The translations under genes and the position numbers were made by a program. 64,000 bases of DNA from Bacteroidales bacterium (GTDB lineage Bacteria; Bacteroidota; Bacteroidia; Bacteroidales; BM520), in the NCBI GenBank assembly GCA_028707815.1, contig JAQWAE010000001.1, positions 68,150 to 132,149 on the forward strand, read 5' to 3'. Below, in pieces: positions 6,129 to 16,490 of the stretch. Position 1 is the stretch's first letter, and every line of letters begins with the position of its first letter. The notes under the pieces are model-generated. The model did not search any database. It was given only the letters and a program-made list of their open reading frames with translations, and was not told the DNA's origin.

Positions 6129-8936
6129 CACCACTTTCCTCAATATCACGCTGCTATCGGTAATGAGACGAACAAAATACAAGCCTTTGGAATTAGCGGA
6201 CATATCTATATCAAACTCTTTAGTGCAAGGAGTTAAAACATTGACCATCACGCTATTTGCGTTATATATCTGCACCATTTTAATTTGTTGTGAAGTTTCC
6301 ACTTTCACGAGACCTCTTGTCGGATTTGGAAATAATTTTACAGAAGTATAATCTTCTGCCAAGCCTATCGGGTCGTTAATTGTAACAGCATAATTTACAG
6401 ATGCCATATTCCCTGATATAGAAGAAGTTGCTTTAATTTCTATATCATCGACTTGTTGATTTTGGTAGCCGGTTTCGGGAACACAAATATGATAATAGCC
6501 GGAAATTGTGGTGCCGGCAGGCAGGTTAACAGAGTTTGCTTGTTGTCCATTGATATAGAAAGTTCCTGTCAGTTCGCCGGTAATTTGGTTAAGTTCGAGC
6601 ATATCATCAACAGTGCCGGTATTTATCAGGCTAAATCTCAGATTACCGCAGTCGCCCATGTCGATAATTGTATCCGGTGAGAGTTGAGCCATCTGAAATG
6701 TTGGCAATGGAGCATCCAAAGTATCGGTATGGATAACCACGACATCATCGATAAACCAAGAGTACCACAAATTTGTGCCATCGGTGTTATATCCTCTCCA
6801 GTCTATTTTTATGTTATTACCTATAAACTGTGATAAATCTATAGACACTGTTTCCTCATATTGATTCATGCCGAAAGGCAGGTTAGCGGCATCCCAGAGT
6901 ACTGTCCATGTTGCATCGGAGGTGTTGAACACTCTTACACAGAAGTGGTCGTTCCACACTTGTCCATAATGGGCGAAGGTTTCAAATTTGAGAACTGTCG
7001 GGCGTGTAATTGTGATTATCGGTGTCATAAGATGTTCATCTTGAGCATTTTCTTGAAAATCCCATTCGAGGCAAGCCTGTTTTGCGCCTTCCGGCGGTGT
7101 CACTATATATTCCACTTCATCGCTATCTTCATAATATATCACACCCCAGCGTGCCCACTGCATCCACGTTTGCGGCATGCCTTCGCGTGACCATCCGGCA
7201 GGAGGAAATTCTTCATCTTCAAAACCTTCTTTCAATAAAGGAGCCTGCCAATGCCATGATATTTGATAAGCATCACTCACGGTACTATTACCTAAAACAT
7301 CTGACAAATAGAAAATTATGTTGCCGACAGTATGATTTTCATACCCTTCTATAGTTGCAGTATAATAATGGTCGCCCTTAGAAGATTTATTTGTTGAGGT
7401 CAAAGTCAAATCATAACTTTCGCCGTTTATTGTATAGACAGCTTCCATAGTTGCCGGCATATCCGATTCATCGCGAACACATAATTCGAGTTCCATATCA
7501 GTATCGGCATAAGTATGATTACCTGATAATGAGACTATTACCGGCGGATTCTCATCAACTGTAGTTGTATTGATATAGACATCATCTACATACATATTCC
7601 AGCCATAAGCACTCACCGCTTCAAACACGATAAAGCCGTAATCATAATCACTATCAAACATAAAAGCATACTCGAACCAGTCATTATGGTCTTCAACAGG
7701 TTCCATTGTTATAACTCTGTGTATCGTACCTAATAACACGGCTGTTTCCGTATCCGGCGTATCATTAAACCACACGTTAATTTTATCTGCCTTATTATCA
7801 ATATTATTTGTTCTATACATCCAAAATCTGACGATATTATCCGCAGCACTAAGCGACAGTTTTGGAGTAACTAAAATAGCGGTATTGTCGGCGGCGGAGT
7901 AAAAAGATTTATAGCAAGCCATTCCGAGACTACCATCATGCGGAGTAGCGGTAGGTTGTTCGCCGGAGGTAAGTCTTTCGAAGCTATAGCTTCCGGTGAT
8001 AGCTTTTGTCTGCCATCCGAATGGAGGGAAAGTCTCCAATTCAAAGCCTTCTTCAAAAGGATAATCGGAGACGGGGTCAAGCACATTTATCATAAACTGT
8101 ACATCTTCCTCATGCTGAGCGTTTACGGAAGCCACGACAAAGTCGAGAGAGATTTCGTCGCCACCGCTAATACCTTCAAGCGGCAAAGTAGACACAGCCA
8201 CGACATCTGTATATTGTGAAACAGGAATATTGGCAGTTGTCACAGCGTTGCCGTTCACATAAAAAATTGCTGACAAAAGATTGCCTTCAATATTATTAAA
8301 AGACACCGTTTCCTCTTCACTGCCGGTATTTGTAACTCTAAACCTAAAACTACCGGGTTCGCCGACATAAATTGACGTATCAGGAGTAAATGTCTCTACA
8401 ACAAAATTATAAAGATCGGTTTTTTCAATAATGATGTCATCAATAGTAAGATACCACGGACTAATATCGGCGACACTATGAAAACCGACATACAAGGTAC
8501 CGGTCATAGAACTTTGAAAAACGCCTGAAGTTATATCATATTCCTCATTATTGATTATCATTTCGGGGACAATAGCAATTGACATAGCAGAAGGATTAGG
8601 GCTTGTGCCTGCTTTAACTTCAAAAGTAAACTCATCATAACCATTAGTCACATGCCAGAAAGAGACCCTATAATATTCGCCAGCAGTAACTTGTATTTCT
8701 TTATACATCCACTTATCCATATTATAAGAAGAATAGACATACCATTCGCCGTTATGAGGAATTCTGTTATGATCTTGTTCTTGGAAGCCACATTTCCAGC
8801 CACCATCGTCACAAATCCACCCCACAGGAGGCAATCCATCAGCATTTCCCTCTTCAAAACCCTCATTTACAAGTATTTGAGCAGTTGCTGCTTGCAAAAC
8901 AGCAAACAGCAATAATAAAGTAAACAATTTTTTCAT
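6120..8936 (-). CDS. Secreted multi-domain protein with three choice-of-anchor-J-like modules and a T9SS type-A C-terminal sorting domain
   Basis: Signal peptide MKKLFTLLLLFAVLQAATAQ. The (E/N)EGFE..(F)PP.GW module starts recur at about aa 23, 294 and 565. The C-terminus is KLFPNPTRGLVKVE...GLYFVRLITDSSVILRKVVLL. Confidence 0.8.
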   Translation of the reverse strand: MKKLFTLLLLFAVLQAATAQILVNEGFEEGNADGLPPVGWICDDGGWKCGFQEQDHNRIPHNGEWYVYSSYNMDKWMYKEIQVTAGEYYRVSFWHVTNGYDEFTFEVKAGTSPNPSAMSIAIVPEMIINNEEYDITSGVFQSSMTGTLYVGFHSVADISPWYLTIDDIIIEKTDLYNFVVETFTPDTSIYVGEPGSFRFRVTNTGSEEETVSFNNIEGNLLSAIFYVNGNAVTTANIPVSQYTDVVAVSTLPLEGISGGDEISLDFVVASVNAQHEEDVQFMINVLDPVSDYPFEEGFELETFPPFGWQTKAITGSYSFERLTSGEQPTATPHDGSLGMACYKSFYSAADNTAILVTPKLSLSAADNIVRFWMYRTNNIDNKADKINVWFNDTPDTETAVLLGTIHRVITMEPVEDHNDWFEYAFMFDSDYDYGFIVFEAVSAYGWNMYVDDVYINTTTVDENPPVIVSLSGNHTYADTDMELELCVRDESDMPATMEAVYTINGESYDLTLTSTNKSSKGDHYYTATIEGYENHTVGNIIFYLSDVLGNSTVSDAYQISWHWQAPLLKEGFEDEEFPPAGWSREGMPQTWMQWARWGVIYYEDSDEVEYIVTPPEGAKQACLEWDFQENAQDEHLMTPIITITRPTVLKFETFAHYGQVWNDHFCVRVFNTSDATWTVLWDAANLPFGMNQYEETVSIDLSQFIGNNIKIDWRGYNTDGTNLWYSWFIDDVVVIHTDTLDAPLPTFQMAQLSPDTIIDMGDCGNLRFSLINTGTVDDMLELNQITGELTGTFYINGQQANSVNLPAGTTISGYYHICVPETGYQNQQVDDIEIKATSSISGNMASVNYAVTINDPIGLAEDYTSVKLFPNPTRGLVKVETSQQIKMVQIYNANSVMVNVLTPCTKEFDIDMSANSKGLYFVRLITDSSVILRKVVLL

Positions 8937-9026
8937 ATATTAATATTTATTTATAATTCAGTCCACGAAAGTAGTAAAATAAATTGATATAGTAGAATTT
9001 TATCGATTAAATTCAAAAAAATATCA

Positions 9027-9034
9027 TACCTTTG
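9027..9034 (+). promoter_or_regulatory. -7 box TACCTTTG for ugd
   Basis: Exact TAnnTTTG match. It overlaps the ORF-track start at 9032, which argues for the ATG at 9059. Confidence 0.5.
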
Positions 9035-9058
9035 CACCTTATTATAATAGAAAAACAG

Positions 9059-10375
9059 ATGAAAATTGCGATAGTAGGCACAGGATATGTTGGATTAGTA
9101 TCGGGTGCATGTTTTGCCGAAATGGGTATTGATGTTATCTGTGTAGACATTGATAATGTCAAGATAGAGAATCTCAAAAAAGGGATAATGCCTATATATG
9201 AGCCGGGGTTAGAAGAGATGGTCCAGCGGAATTTCAATGATAAGCGATTACACTTTACTACAGACTTAAATTCCTGTCTAAATGATGTTGAAGTTGTCTT
9301 CAGTGCTGTGGGTACTCCGCCGGACGAAGATGGCAGTGCTGATTTACAATATGTTATAGACGTTGCCAAAACAATTGGAGCTAACATGGAGAAGTATTTG
9401 ATACTTGTCACGAAGAGTACTGTTCCGGTTGGCACATCGCATATCATCAAAGATATAATAAACAAAGAGTTAGAAAGACGGGGGTTAGACATTCCTTTTG
9501 ATGTTGCTTCCAATCCGGAATTTTTAAAAGAAGGCGTGGCGATAAAAGACTTCATGAGTCCCGACAGGGTTGTTATTGGAGTTGAGAGTGAAAAAGCTCA
9601 TGAAGTGATGGAGCGTTTATATAAGCCATTCACACTCAGCAACTACCGTATACTTTTCATGGATATTGCCTCTGCAGAGATGACAAAATATGCAGCAAAT
9701 GCCATGTTAGCAACACGTATCAGTTTTATGAATGACATAGCGAATTTATGTGAAATAATAGGAGCTGATGTAGACCAAGTAAGACGTGGCATCGGCAGTG
9801 ATTCACGTATTGGCAGCAAATTCCTCTACGCCGGCTGCGGCTACGGCGGCTCCTGCTTTCCCAAAGATGTCAAAGCTCTTTACAACACCGCTAAACAGAA
9901 CAACTACAGAATGAAAGTTATAGAAGCTGTCGAGCAAGTCAATGAAGACCAAAAGTCTATCTTGTTTAAAAAAGCTCTAAACCTCTTCGATGGAAATCTG
10001 CAAGGAAAAACCATCGCCTTATGGGGCTTATCTTTCAAACCTGAAACCGATGACATGCGTGAAGCTCCTTCTTTAATCATTATAAACAATTTACTTGAAG
10101 CCGGTGCTACCGTAAAATGTTACGACCCTGTCGCAATGCAAGAAACAAAACGCCGTATCGGCAACAGCGTATCTTATTGCAAAGATATGTATGAAACTGT
10201 AAAAGATGCTGATGCTCTCATGCTCGTCACTGAATGGAAACATTTCCGAATACCTAACTGGGACAAAATTAAACAACTCATGAAGGGTAATATCATCATA
10301 GACGGTAGAAATATTTACGACTATAAAGAATTAAAAAACAAAGGTTTTATCTATTCCGGCATCGGCAGAAGATAA
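9059..10375 (+). CDS. ugd: UDP-glucose 6-dehydrogenase
   Basis: MKIAIVGTGYVGL Rossmann N-terminus. GGSCFPKDV contains the catalytic Cys. Start moved from 9032 to 9059. Confidence 0.9.
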   Translation: MKIAIVGTGYVGLVSGACFAEMGIDVICVDIDNVKIENLKKGIMPIYEPGLEEMVQRNFNDKRLHFTTDLNSCLNDVEVVFSAVGTPPDEDGSADLQYVIDVAKTIGANMEKYLILVTKSTVPVGTSHIIKDIINKELERRGLDIPFDVASNPEFLKEGVAIKDFMSPDRVVIGVESEKAHEVMERLYKPFTLSNYRILFMDIASAEMTKYAANAMLATRISFMNDIANLCEIIGADVDQVRRGIGSDSRIGSKFLYAGCGYGGSCFPKDVKALYNTAKQNNYRMKVIEAVEQVNEDQKSILFKKALNLFDGNLQGKTIALWGLSFKPETDDMREAPSLIIINNLLEAGATVKCYDPVAMQETKRRIGNSVSYCKDMYETVKDADALMLVTEWKHFRIPNWDKIKQLMKGNIIIDGRNIYDYKELKNKGFIYSGIGRR

Positions 10376-10426
10376 CACCTACTTGTAACTAATTAAATAT
10401 CAATAACATAATCAAACATATTACTT

Positions 10427-12550
10427 ATGAAAAAATTTTTCATTTTAGTGGCTACTATTTGCATATTTGTAACCGCTTGCAAAAATCAAAACCCAAATCA
10501 AACTACGATGAATGATAACCTTTTATTAAAAGCTTTTGAGACACCTTTTGGCGTTCCTCCTTTTGACCAAATAAAAACAGAGCATTATCTACCTGCAATT
10601 GAAGCAGGCATTGAAAAACACAATCAGGAAATTAATGCTATCGTCAACAACAGAGCTGTTCCGGACTTCGATAACACTATTTTAGCTTACGATAAATCCG
10701 GCGAAGATCTAAACAGAGCTGCTACCGTCTTCTTTTGCATATTAGAAAACAACACTAATAATGAAATCCAAGCACTTGCACAGCAAATTTCGCCAATGCT
10801 CTCTTTACACAGTGATGAAATCATGCTCAATGATGCTCTTTTTCAGAAGATAAAACAAGTTTATGAAACACGTAACGACAGAAATCTGAACAAAAGTCAG
10901 ATTAGAGTTATCGAAAAATATTATAACGACTTTGAAAGAAACGGTGCTAATTTATCACCGGAAGACAAAGAAAAGCTAAAACAAATCAACAGTCGTTTAT
11001 CTACACTTTTCTTGCAATTTAATGACAACGTACTTGCAGAAACTAACAATTTCAAATTATATATTTCCGACAAAGAAGATTTGGCGGGCTTACCGGAAGG
11101 CGTAATTGCCGCTGCTGCTACGTCTGCAAAAAATGACGGCAACGAAGGCAAATGGCTGTTCACCACTAAAAAACCTTCCATGCTTCCATTTTTACAATTT
11201 TCAGAAAAACGCAATTTGAGAGAGCAGCTATATCGCGGCTATTTCATGCGTGGCGACAATGACGATGAATTTGATAATAAGAATATAATCACCGACATCA
11301 CAAATTTGAGAGTCGAAAAAGCCCAACTACTTGGTTATGAAACATTTGCACAATATACCATAGCTAAAAACATGGCAAAAGACCCCAAAACAGTATTTAA
11401 CTTTTTGCTCGACATTTGGTATCCGGCTCTTGATGTAGCCAAAGAAGAACTTGTTGAAATGCAGAAAATTGTTGACAAAGAAGGTGGCAATTTCAAAATA
11501 GAATCTTGGGATTGGTGGTATTATGCAGAAAAAGTTCGTAAAGCAAAATACGATTTAGATGAAAACGAGCTGAAACCATATTTCAGTCTTGACAATGTTC
11601 GTGATGGAATGTTCTATTTAAGTAACAAACTTTATGGCATCAACTTCACCAAACTCGAAGGCATACCGACATATCTTCCTGAAGTTGAAGTCTTTGAAGT
11701 CAAAGAAGCAAATGGCGACCACATAGGATTACTCTATTTAGATTATTTTCCGCGTGCCGGCAAAGGTCAGGGTGCATGGTGTTCAGGTTTAAGAGAAGGT
11801 GGTGCAGACATAGACGGCAAGCGTATTTATCCGATTATCACAATCACTTGCAATTTCACAGAGCCGGACGGAGACACTCCTGCCCTCCTCACTTTTGATG
11901 AAACAGAAACTCTGTTCCACGAATTTGGACATGCGTTGCAAGGACTTTTCTCTTATAGCCCTTACGACAGAATCTGTGGTGATATGCCGAGAGATATGGT
12001 TGAACTTCCTTCTCAAATACTCGAAAATTGGTGTAGCGAACCCGAAATGCTTAAAGTTTACGCAAAACATTATAAAACCGGCGAAGCTATTCCTGATGCA
12101 CTCATCAACAAGATAGTAAAAACATCAACTTTTAACACCGGCTTTAATACTACCGAACTGATTGCCGCCTCACTTTTGGACATGAATTGGCATAATCGTT
12201 TAAGAACAGATAAAATCAATGTAAATTCTTTCGAGAAAAATTATCTCAAAAACATAGGACTGATAAAAGAAATTTTACCACGCTATCGCTCTACTTATTT
12301 TGGTCACATCTTCACCGGTGACGGATATGCTGCCGGATATTATGTATACACATGGGCAGAAGTATTAGATAAAGATGCGTTCAATGCTTTTAAAGAATCC
12401 GGCGACCTCTTCAACCAAGATTTAGCCGCAAAATTCCGCAAATATATCCTTACTGAATGTGGCGAAGACGACCCAATGGTTCAATATCGCAATTTCCGTG
12501 GACAAGACCCTTCAAATGAGCCTTATATGAAAGCTCGCGGACTTATGTAA
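10427..12550 (+). CDS. dcp: M3-family peptidyl-dipeptidase (Dcp-like), lipoprotein
   Basis: Lipobox FVTAC. The HEFGHALQG zinc motif and 707-aa length are typical of M3A Dcp/oligopeptidase A. Confidence 0.85.
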   Translation: MKKFFILVATICIFVTACKNQNPNQTTMNDNLLLKAFETPFGVPPFDQIKTEHYLPAIEAGIEKHNQEINAIVNNRAVPDFDNTILAYDKSGEDLNRAATVFFCILENNTNNEIQALAQQISPMLSLHSDEIMLNDALFQKIKQVYETRNDRNLNKSQIRVIEKYYNDFERNGANLSPEDKEKLKQINSRLSTLFLQFNDNVLAETNNFKLYISDKEDLAGLPEGVIAAAATSAKNDGNEGKWLFTTKKPSMLPFLQFSEKRNLREQLYRGYFMRGDNDDEFDNKNIITDITNLRVEKAQLLGYETFAQYTIAKNMAKDPKTVFNFLLDIWYPALDVAKEELVEMQKIVDKEGGNFKIESWDWWYYAEKVRKAKYDLDENELKPYFSLDNVRDGMFYLSNKLYGINFTKLEGIPTYLPEVEVFEVKEANGDHIGLLYLDYFPRAGKGQGAWCSGLREGGADIDGKRIYPIITITCNFTEPDGDTPALLTFDETETLFHEFGHALQGLFSYSPYDRICGDMPRDMVELPSQILENWCSEPEMLKVYAKHYKTGEAIPDALINKIVKTSTFNTGFNTTELIAASLLDMNWHNRLRTDKINVNSFEKNYLKNIGLIKEILPRYRSTYFGHIFTGDGYAAGYYVYTWAEVLDKDAFNAFKESGDLFNQDLAAKFRKYILTECGEDDPMVQYRNFRGQDPSNEPYMKARGLM

Positions 12551-12553
12551 TAT

Positions 12554-14215
12554 ATGACGAAAATATCTATATATCAACTTCTTCCAAGGTTTTTCGGCAA
12601 CACTGATGCTGTCCGAAAACCTTGGGGAAGTATAGAAGATAATGGTTGCGGAAAATTTGAAGACATCAACGACAATGCCATAGCCGCCATCAAAGATTTA
12701 GGCATCACACATATTTGGTATACCGGCATTCTGCAACACGCAACAACCACTGATTATACACGTTATCACATAAATAGCGACAATCCGCTAATTGTCAAAG
12801 GACGCGCCGGCTCACCCTATGCCATAAAAAATTACTTTGATGTAGATCCTGACCTCGCCATCAACACAGCTAACAGAATGACAGAGTTCGACAATTTAAT
12901 TAAACGAACTCATAATCACAACGTTAAGGCAATCATAGACTTCATTCCAAATCATGTTGCACGCTGCTATAACAGCATAGCGGCAAACAAAAAAGCTCAG
13001 TTGCAAACATGTAATCATTTAGGACAAAACGACAACAACGCCGTAAAGTTCGACAGAAACAACGACTTTTACTATATTCTCAACGAAAGTTTTAAAGTTC
13101 CTGACGAAGTTAGACAAATAACACAAAAAATATTTCCGGATAACAATAGCGATTACGAAGAATTTCCGGCAAAAGTCACCGGTAACGACTGCTTCTCGGC
13201 TTCACCTTCAGTAAACGATTGGTATGAAACAGTCAAAATTAACTATGGAACTGATTATCAAACAGGTGAAAAACATTTTTATCCCATTCCTCACTCTTGG
13301 TTGTGTATGTACGACATTTTAAAATTCTGGTGCTCCAAAAATGTTGATGGCTTCAGGTGTGACATGGCAGAGATGGTTCCTGTAGAATTTTGGCAGTGGG
13401 CGATATCAAAGATAAAACACGAATTTACGAACATCATTTTCATTGCGGAAATTTATCAACCGCAACTATATCAAGGATTTATCGAAGCCGGCTTTGATTA
13501 TTTATACGACAAAGTGAACATGTACGACTGCATGAAATCAATCATACAAAATGGAGCAAGCGTAAACAATATAACTCAAAGTTGGCAGCAGACTAATGCC
13601 TACAACAGCTATATGCTAAGATTCTTAGAAAATCATGATGAGCAACGCATGGCTTCTAAATTTTTTGCCGGCGACCCTTTCAAAGCAATTCCGGCTTTTG
13701 CTGTTGAAGCTTTTATGCACTCCGGACCAATCATGCTGTACAACGGGCAAGAATTAGGTGAGCAATCTGATGAAGCAAGCGGTTTCAGTGGCAGTGACGG
13801 CAGAAGCACAATCTATGATTATTGGTCTTTCGACAAACAAATTCGTTGGAATAATTCACATAAATTTAATGACGAAAATCTTAATAATGAGGAACTTGCG
13901 TTGCGGAAGTGCTATAAGGAGATATTAAACTTTGCAATATCTGAAGAGCTTATAAGTAAAGGTTTTTTCTATGATTTAATGTGGATTAATCAGGAGCTTG
14001 CAGGTTTAGGCTGTTACGCATTTGCTAAGGGCAACAAGATTAAAGGCGGTAAAAATAAGACTATGGTTTTCGTTGTCAATTTTACGCAAAAACATGTAAA
14101 AACGCACATTAATATAAGCAAACATGTTATTGAATTTTTCAACATGAATTTTGATGACGATTTTTTCATAACGATAGATGTTGATGGATATGGGTATCAA
14201 CATAAAAACATATAA
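12554..14215 (+). CDS. GH13 alpha-amylase-family glycoside hydrolase (cytoplasmic)
   Basis: GH13 regions DFIPNHVA, GFRCDMAEMV and FLENHDEQR are present. There is no signal peptide. Confidence 0.85.
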   Translation: MTKISIYQLLPRFFGNTDAVRKPWGSIEDNGCGKFEDINDNAIAAIKDLGITHIWYTGILQHATTTDYTRYHINSDNPLIVKGRAGSPYAIKNYFDVDPDLAINTANRMTEFDNLIKRTHNHNVKAIIDFIPNHVARCYNSIAANKKAQLQTCNHLGQNDNNAVKFDRNNDFYYILNESFKVPDEVRQITQKIFPDNNSDYEEFPAKVTGNDCFSASPSVNDWYETVKINYGTDYQTGEKHFYPIPHSWLCMYDILKFWCSKNVDGFRCDMAEMVPVEFWQWAISKIKHEFTNIIFIAEIYQPQLYQGFIEAGFDYLYDKVNMYDCMKSIIQNGASVNNITQSWQQTNAYNSYMLRFLENHDEQRMASKFFAGDPFKAIPAFAVEAFMHSGPIMLYNGQELGEQSDEASGFSGSDGRSTIYDYWSFDKQIRWNNSHKFNDENLNNEELALRKCYKEILNFAISEELISKGFFYDLMWINQELAGLGCYAFAKGNKIKGGKNKTMVFVVNFTQKHVKTHINISKHVIEFFNMNFDDDFFITIDVDGYGYQHKNI

Positions 14216-14293
14216 ACATGTAATTCTAACAATATTTCTACAACCTTGTCAGATATTTTTTGATGACATATTTGTAATTAAAAAAATTTCATA

Positions 14294-14301
14294 TAAATTT
14301 G
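14294..14301 (+). promoter_or_regulatory. -7 box TAAATTTG for the superoxide dismutase gene
   Basis: Exact TAnnTTTG match, about 45 nt upstream of the ATG. Confidence 0.45.
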
Positions 14302-14346
14302 CATGATATTTTTCAATTAGTTACAAATCATTAAAATTATTACATC

Positions 14347-14913
14347 ATGAAACACTTATTACCGACCCTACCTTACGAACTCAATTCATTAGAGCCGTAC
14401 ATTTCGAAGACCACATTGGAATATCACTATGGCAAGCATCATCAGGCTTATGTAAACAATCTCAACAACTTAATTGTGGGGACGCCGTTTGAAGAATCAT
14501 CTTTGGAAACCATAATCAAGGGAGCCACCGGAGGCATCTTCAACAATGCGGCACAAATATGGAATCATAGTTTTTACTTTGTAGAATGTTTATCTCCGAC
14601 CGGACTGCGTGAGCCGCAGGGAGCTTTAGCAGAAGACATAAGAAACACTTTCGGTTCTTATGATAACTTTAAAGAGTTATTTACGAAAGCAGCTGTATCA
14701 TTATTTGGTTCCGGATGGGCTTGGTTAGTCCGAAATCAGGAAGGAAAACTTGAAATCGTGCAGACGTCTAATGCCGACAATCCAATGACAGCAGGAAAAA
14801 CGCCAATTATTACCTGTGATGTATGGGAGCATGCGTATTATCTTGATTATCAAAACAAACGTCCTGATTACATTAATGCTTTTTGGAAATTAATAAATTG
14901 GAATAATAAATAA
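14347..14913 (+). CDS. sodB: Fe/Mn superoxide dismutase
   Basis: LPYELNSLEPYIS...EYHYGKHH and the DVWEHAYYLDYQN metal-binding motifs are present. Confidence 0.9.
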   Translation: MKHLLPTLPYELNSLEPYISKTTLEYHYGKHHQAYVNNLNNLIVGTPFEESSLETIIKGATGGIFNNAAQIWNHSFYFVECLSPTGLREPQGALAEDIRNTFGSYDNFKELFTKAAVSLFGSGWAWLVRNQEGKLEIVQTSNADNPMTAGKTPIITCDVWEHAYYLDYQNKRPDYINAFWKLINWNNK

Positions 14914-14920
14914 ACGAATT

Positions 14921-16459
14921 ATGGCTAAACGACCACATCTTTCTTTTTGGCAAATTTGGAATATGAGTTTTGGATTTTTAGGAATTCAATTCGGATATGC
15001 TTTGCAAAATGCCAACACCAGCAGAATTTTCGAATGTCTTGGTGCAGACATGAACACCTTACCCATTTTATGGATAGCTGCACCTGTCACCGGATTAATT
15101 ATTCAACCCATCATTGGTCATTTAAGTGACAAAACATGGACACGTCTTGGAAGGAGAAAACCATTTTTTCTCATAGGGGCGATACTTGCTTCTCTTGCTT
15201 TATTCATCATGCCGAACTCGCCATCTTTATGGGTTGCTGCCGGCATGTTATGGATTATGGATGCGTCCATCAACGTATCAATGGAGCCGTTTCGGGCTTT
15301 TGTTGGTGACATGTTGCCATCGGAGCAACGCACTAAGGGATTTGCCATGCAAAGTTTCTTCATCGGGCTTGGTGCCGTCATAGGCTCGGCTCTACCTTAC
15401 ATTTTAGCCAACTGGATTGGATTATCGAATGAGCCTACGGCGACATCTCCAATTCCGCCGACAGTAAAATGGGCGTTCTATTGCGGAGGAATAGCATTTA
15501 TCTCCGCCGTCTTAGTTACTATTTTTACAACCAAAGAATACAGCCCGGAGCAACTTGAAGAATTTGATAAAAGTGACAAACAACAATTAGACGTCACAAA
15601 AGATGCTCATGAAGACAGAGTTATCCCGCCAAAGAAATTTTTTATCAGCTCATTAATATTTGCATTAGCAGGAATTTTAATATCTGTTCTTGTATTCTAT
15701 TTTGAATTTGACCCGCAAATTTATATCTTAGGAGGAATTTTTCTGTTGATAGGTGTTTTCTTCTTCGTTGTCGCCCTAATGCGAAAAGCAAACAAGAAAA
15801 ACGGAGCAGTGGAAATTATGACAGACTTACTGAACATGCCAAAGACGATGGGACAACTTGCTATTGTTCAATTCTTTACATGGTTATCTTTATTTGCTCT
15901 ATGGATTTACGCCACACCAGCTGTAACAAGTTACCATTATGGCGCAACGGACACCGCATCATTACAATACAACGAAGGAGCCAATTGGGTTGGAATATTA
16001 TTCGCCGCATACAATTTATTTGCCGCCTTAGTCGCATTTTTATTGCCGGTAATAGCAAAACAAATCTCACGAAGAATGACACACTTGGTATCACTGGTAA
16101 TTGGTGGTATCGGCTTAATTTCAATGTATTGGTTTAAAGACCCGAACATGCTGTTAATAAGCATGTTTGGTATAGGTATAGCTTGGGCAAGTATCTTGTC
16201 GATGCCATACGCCATACTTACCGGTTCTTTACCACACCATAAAATGGGCGTATATATGGGTATTTTCAACTTTTTTATTGTGCTGCCACAAATTATAGCC
16301 GCAACAATACTCGGAGCAATCACAAAATTCTGGTTCCACGAAAAACCTATTTATACCTTAGTATTAGGTGGCGTATGTATGATAATCGCCGGACTTTTAA
16401 ACCTGATTGTTAAAGATAAAGATGATGTATACGCACTAAAAAGCAAAACCAAAAATTAA
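14921..16459 (+). CDS. MFS sugar transporter (SLC45 / sucrose-maltose symporter-like)
   Basis: 12-TM pattern. G.LSDK..TRLGRRKPF is the SLC45/GPH-type motif. It is adjacent to the amylase. Confidence 0.75.
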   Translation: MAKRPHLSFWQIWNMSFGFLGIQFGYALQNANTSRIFECLGADMNTLPILWIAAPVTGLIIQPIIGHLSDKTWTRLGRRKPFFLIGAILASLALFIMPNSPSLWVAAGMLWIMDASINVSMEPFRAFVGDMLPSEQRTKGFAMQSFFIGLGAVIGSALPYILANWIGLSNEPTATSPIPPTVKWAFYCGGIAFISAVLVTIFTTKEYSPEQLEEFDKSDKQQLDVTKDAHEDRVIPPKKFFISSLIFALAGILISVLVFYFEFDPQIYILGGIFLLIGVFFFVVALMRKANKKNGAVEIMTDLLNMPKTMGQLAIVQFFTWLSLFALWIYATPAVTSYHYGATDTASLQYNEGANWVGILFAAYNLFAALVAFLLPVIAKQISRRMTHLVSLVIGGIGLISMYWFKDPNMLLISMFGIGIAWASILSMPYAILTGSLPHHKMGVYMGIFNFFIVLPQIIAATILGAITKFWFHEKPIYTLVLGGVCMIIAGLLNLIVKDKDDVYALKSKTKN

Positions 16460-16490
16460 AAGGCAAAAATTACATTTACAAAGTCTAAAA

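Noticed and set aside
9032-9058. ORF-track N-terminal extensions (ugd 9032; also miaB 55958, AAA-ATPase 52790, mutS 47636 TTG, arginase-like 58173, purN 63710 TTG, batD 25694)
   Set aside because: The extensions overlap -7 promoter boxes or neighbouring genes, or use non-ATG starts. Conserved N-termini or signal peptides begin at the downstream ATGs used in the feature table.
9013-9555. 180-aa minus-strand ORF
   Set aside because: It is fully antisense to ugd, a confident CDS. This is a typical shadow ORF in AT-rich DNA.
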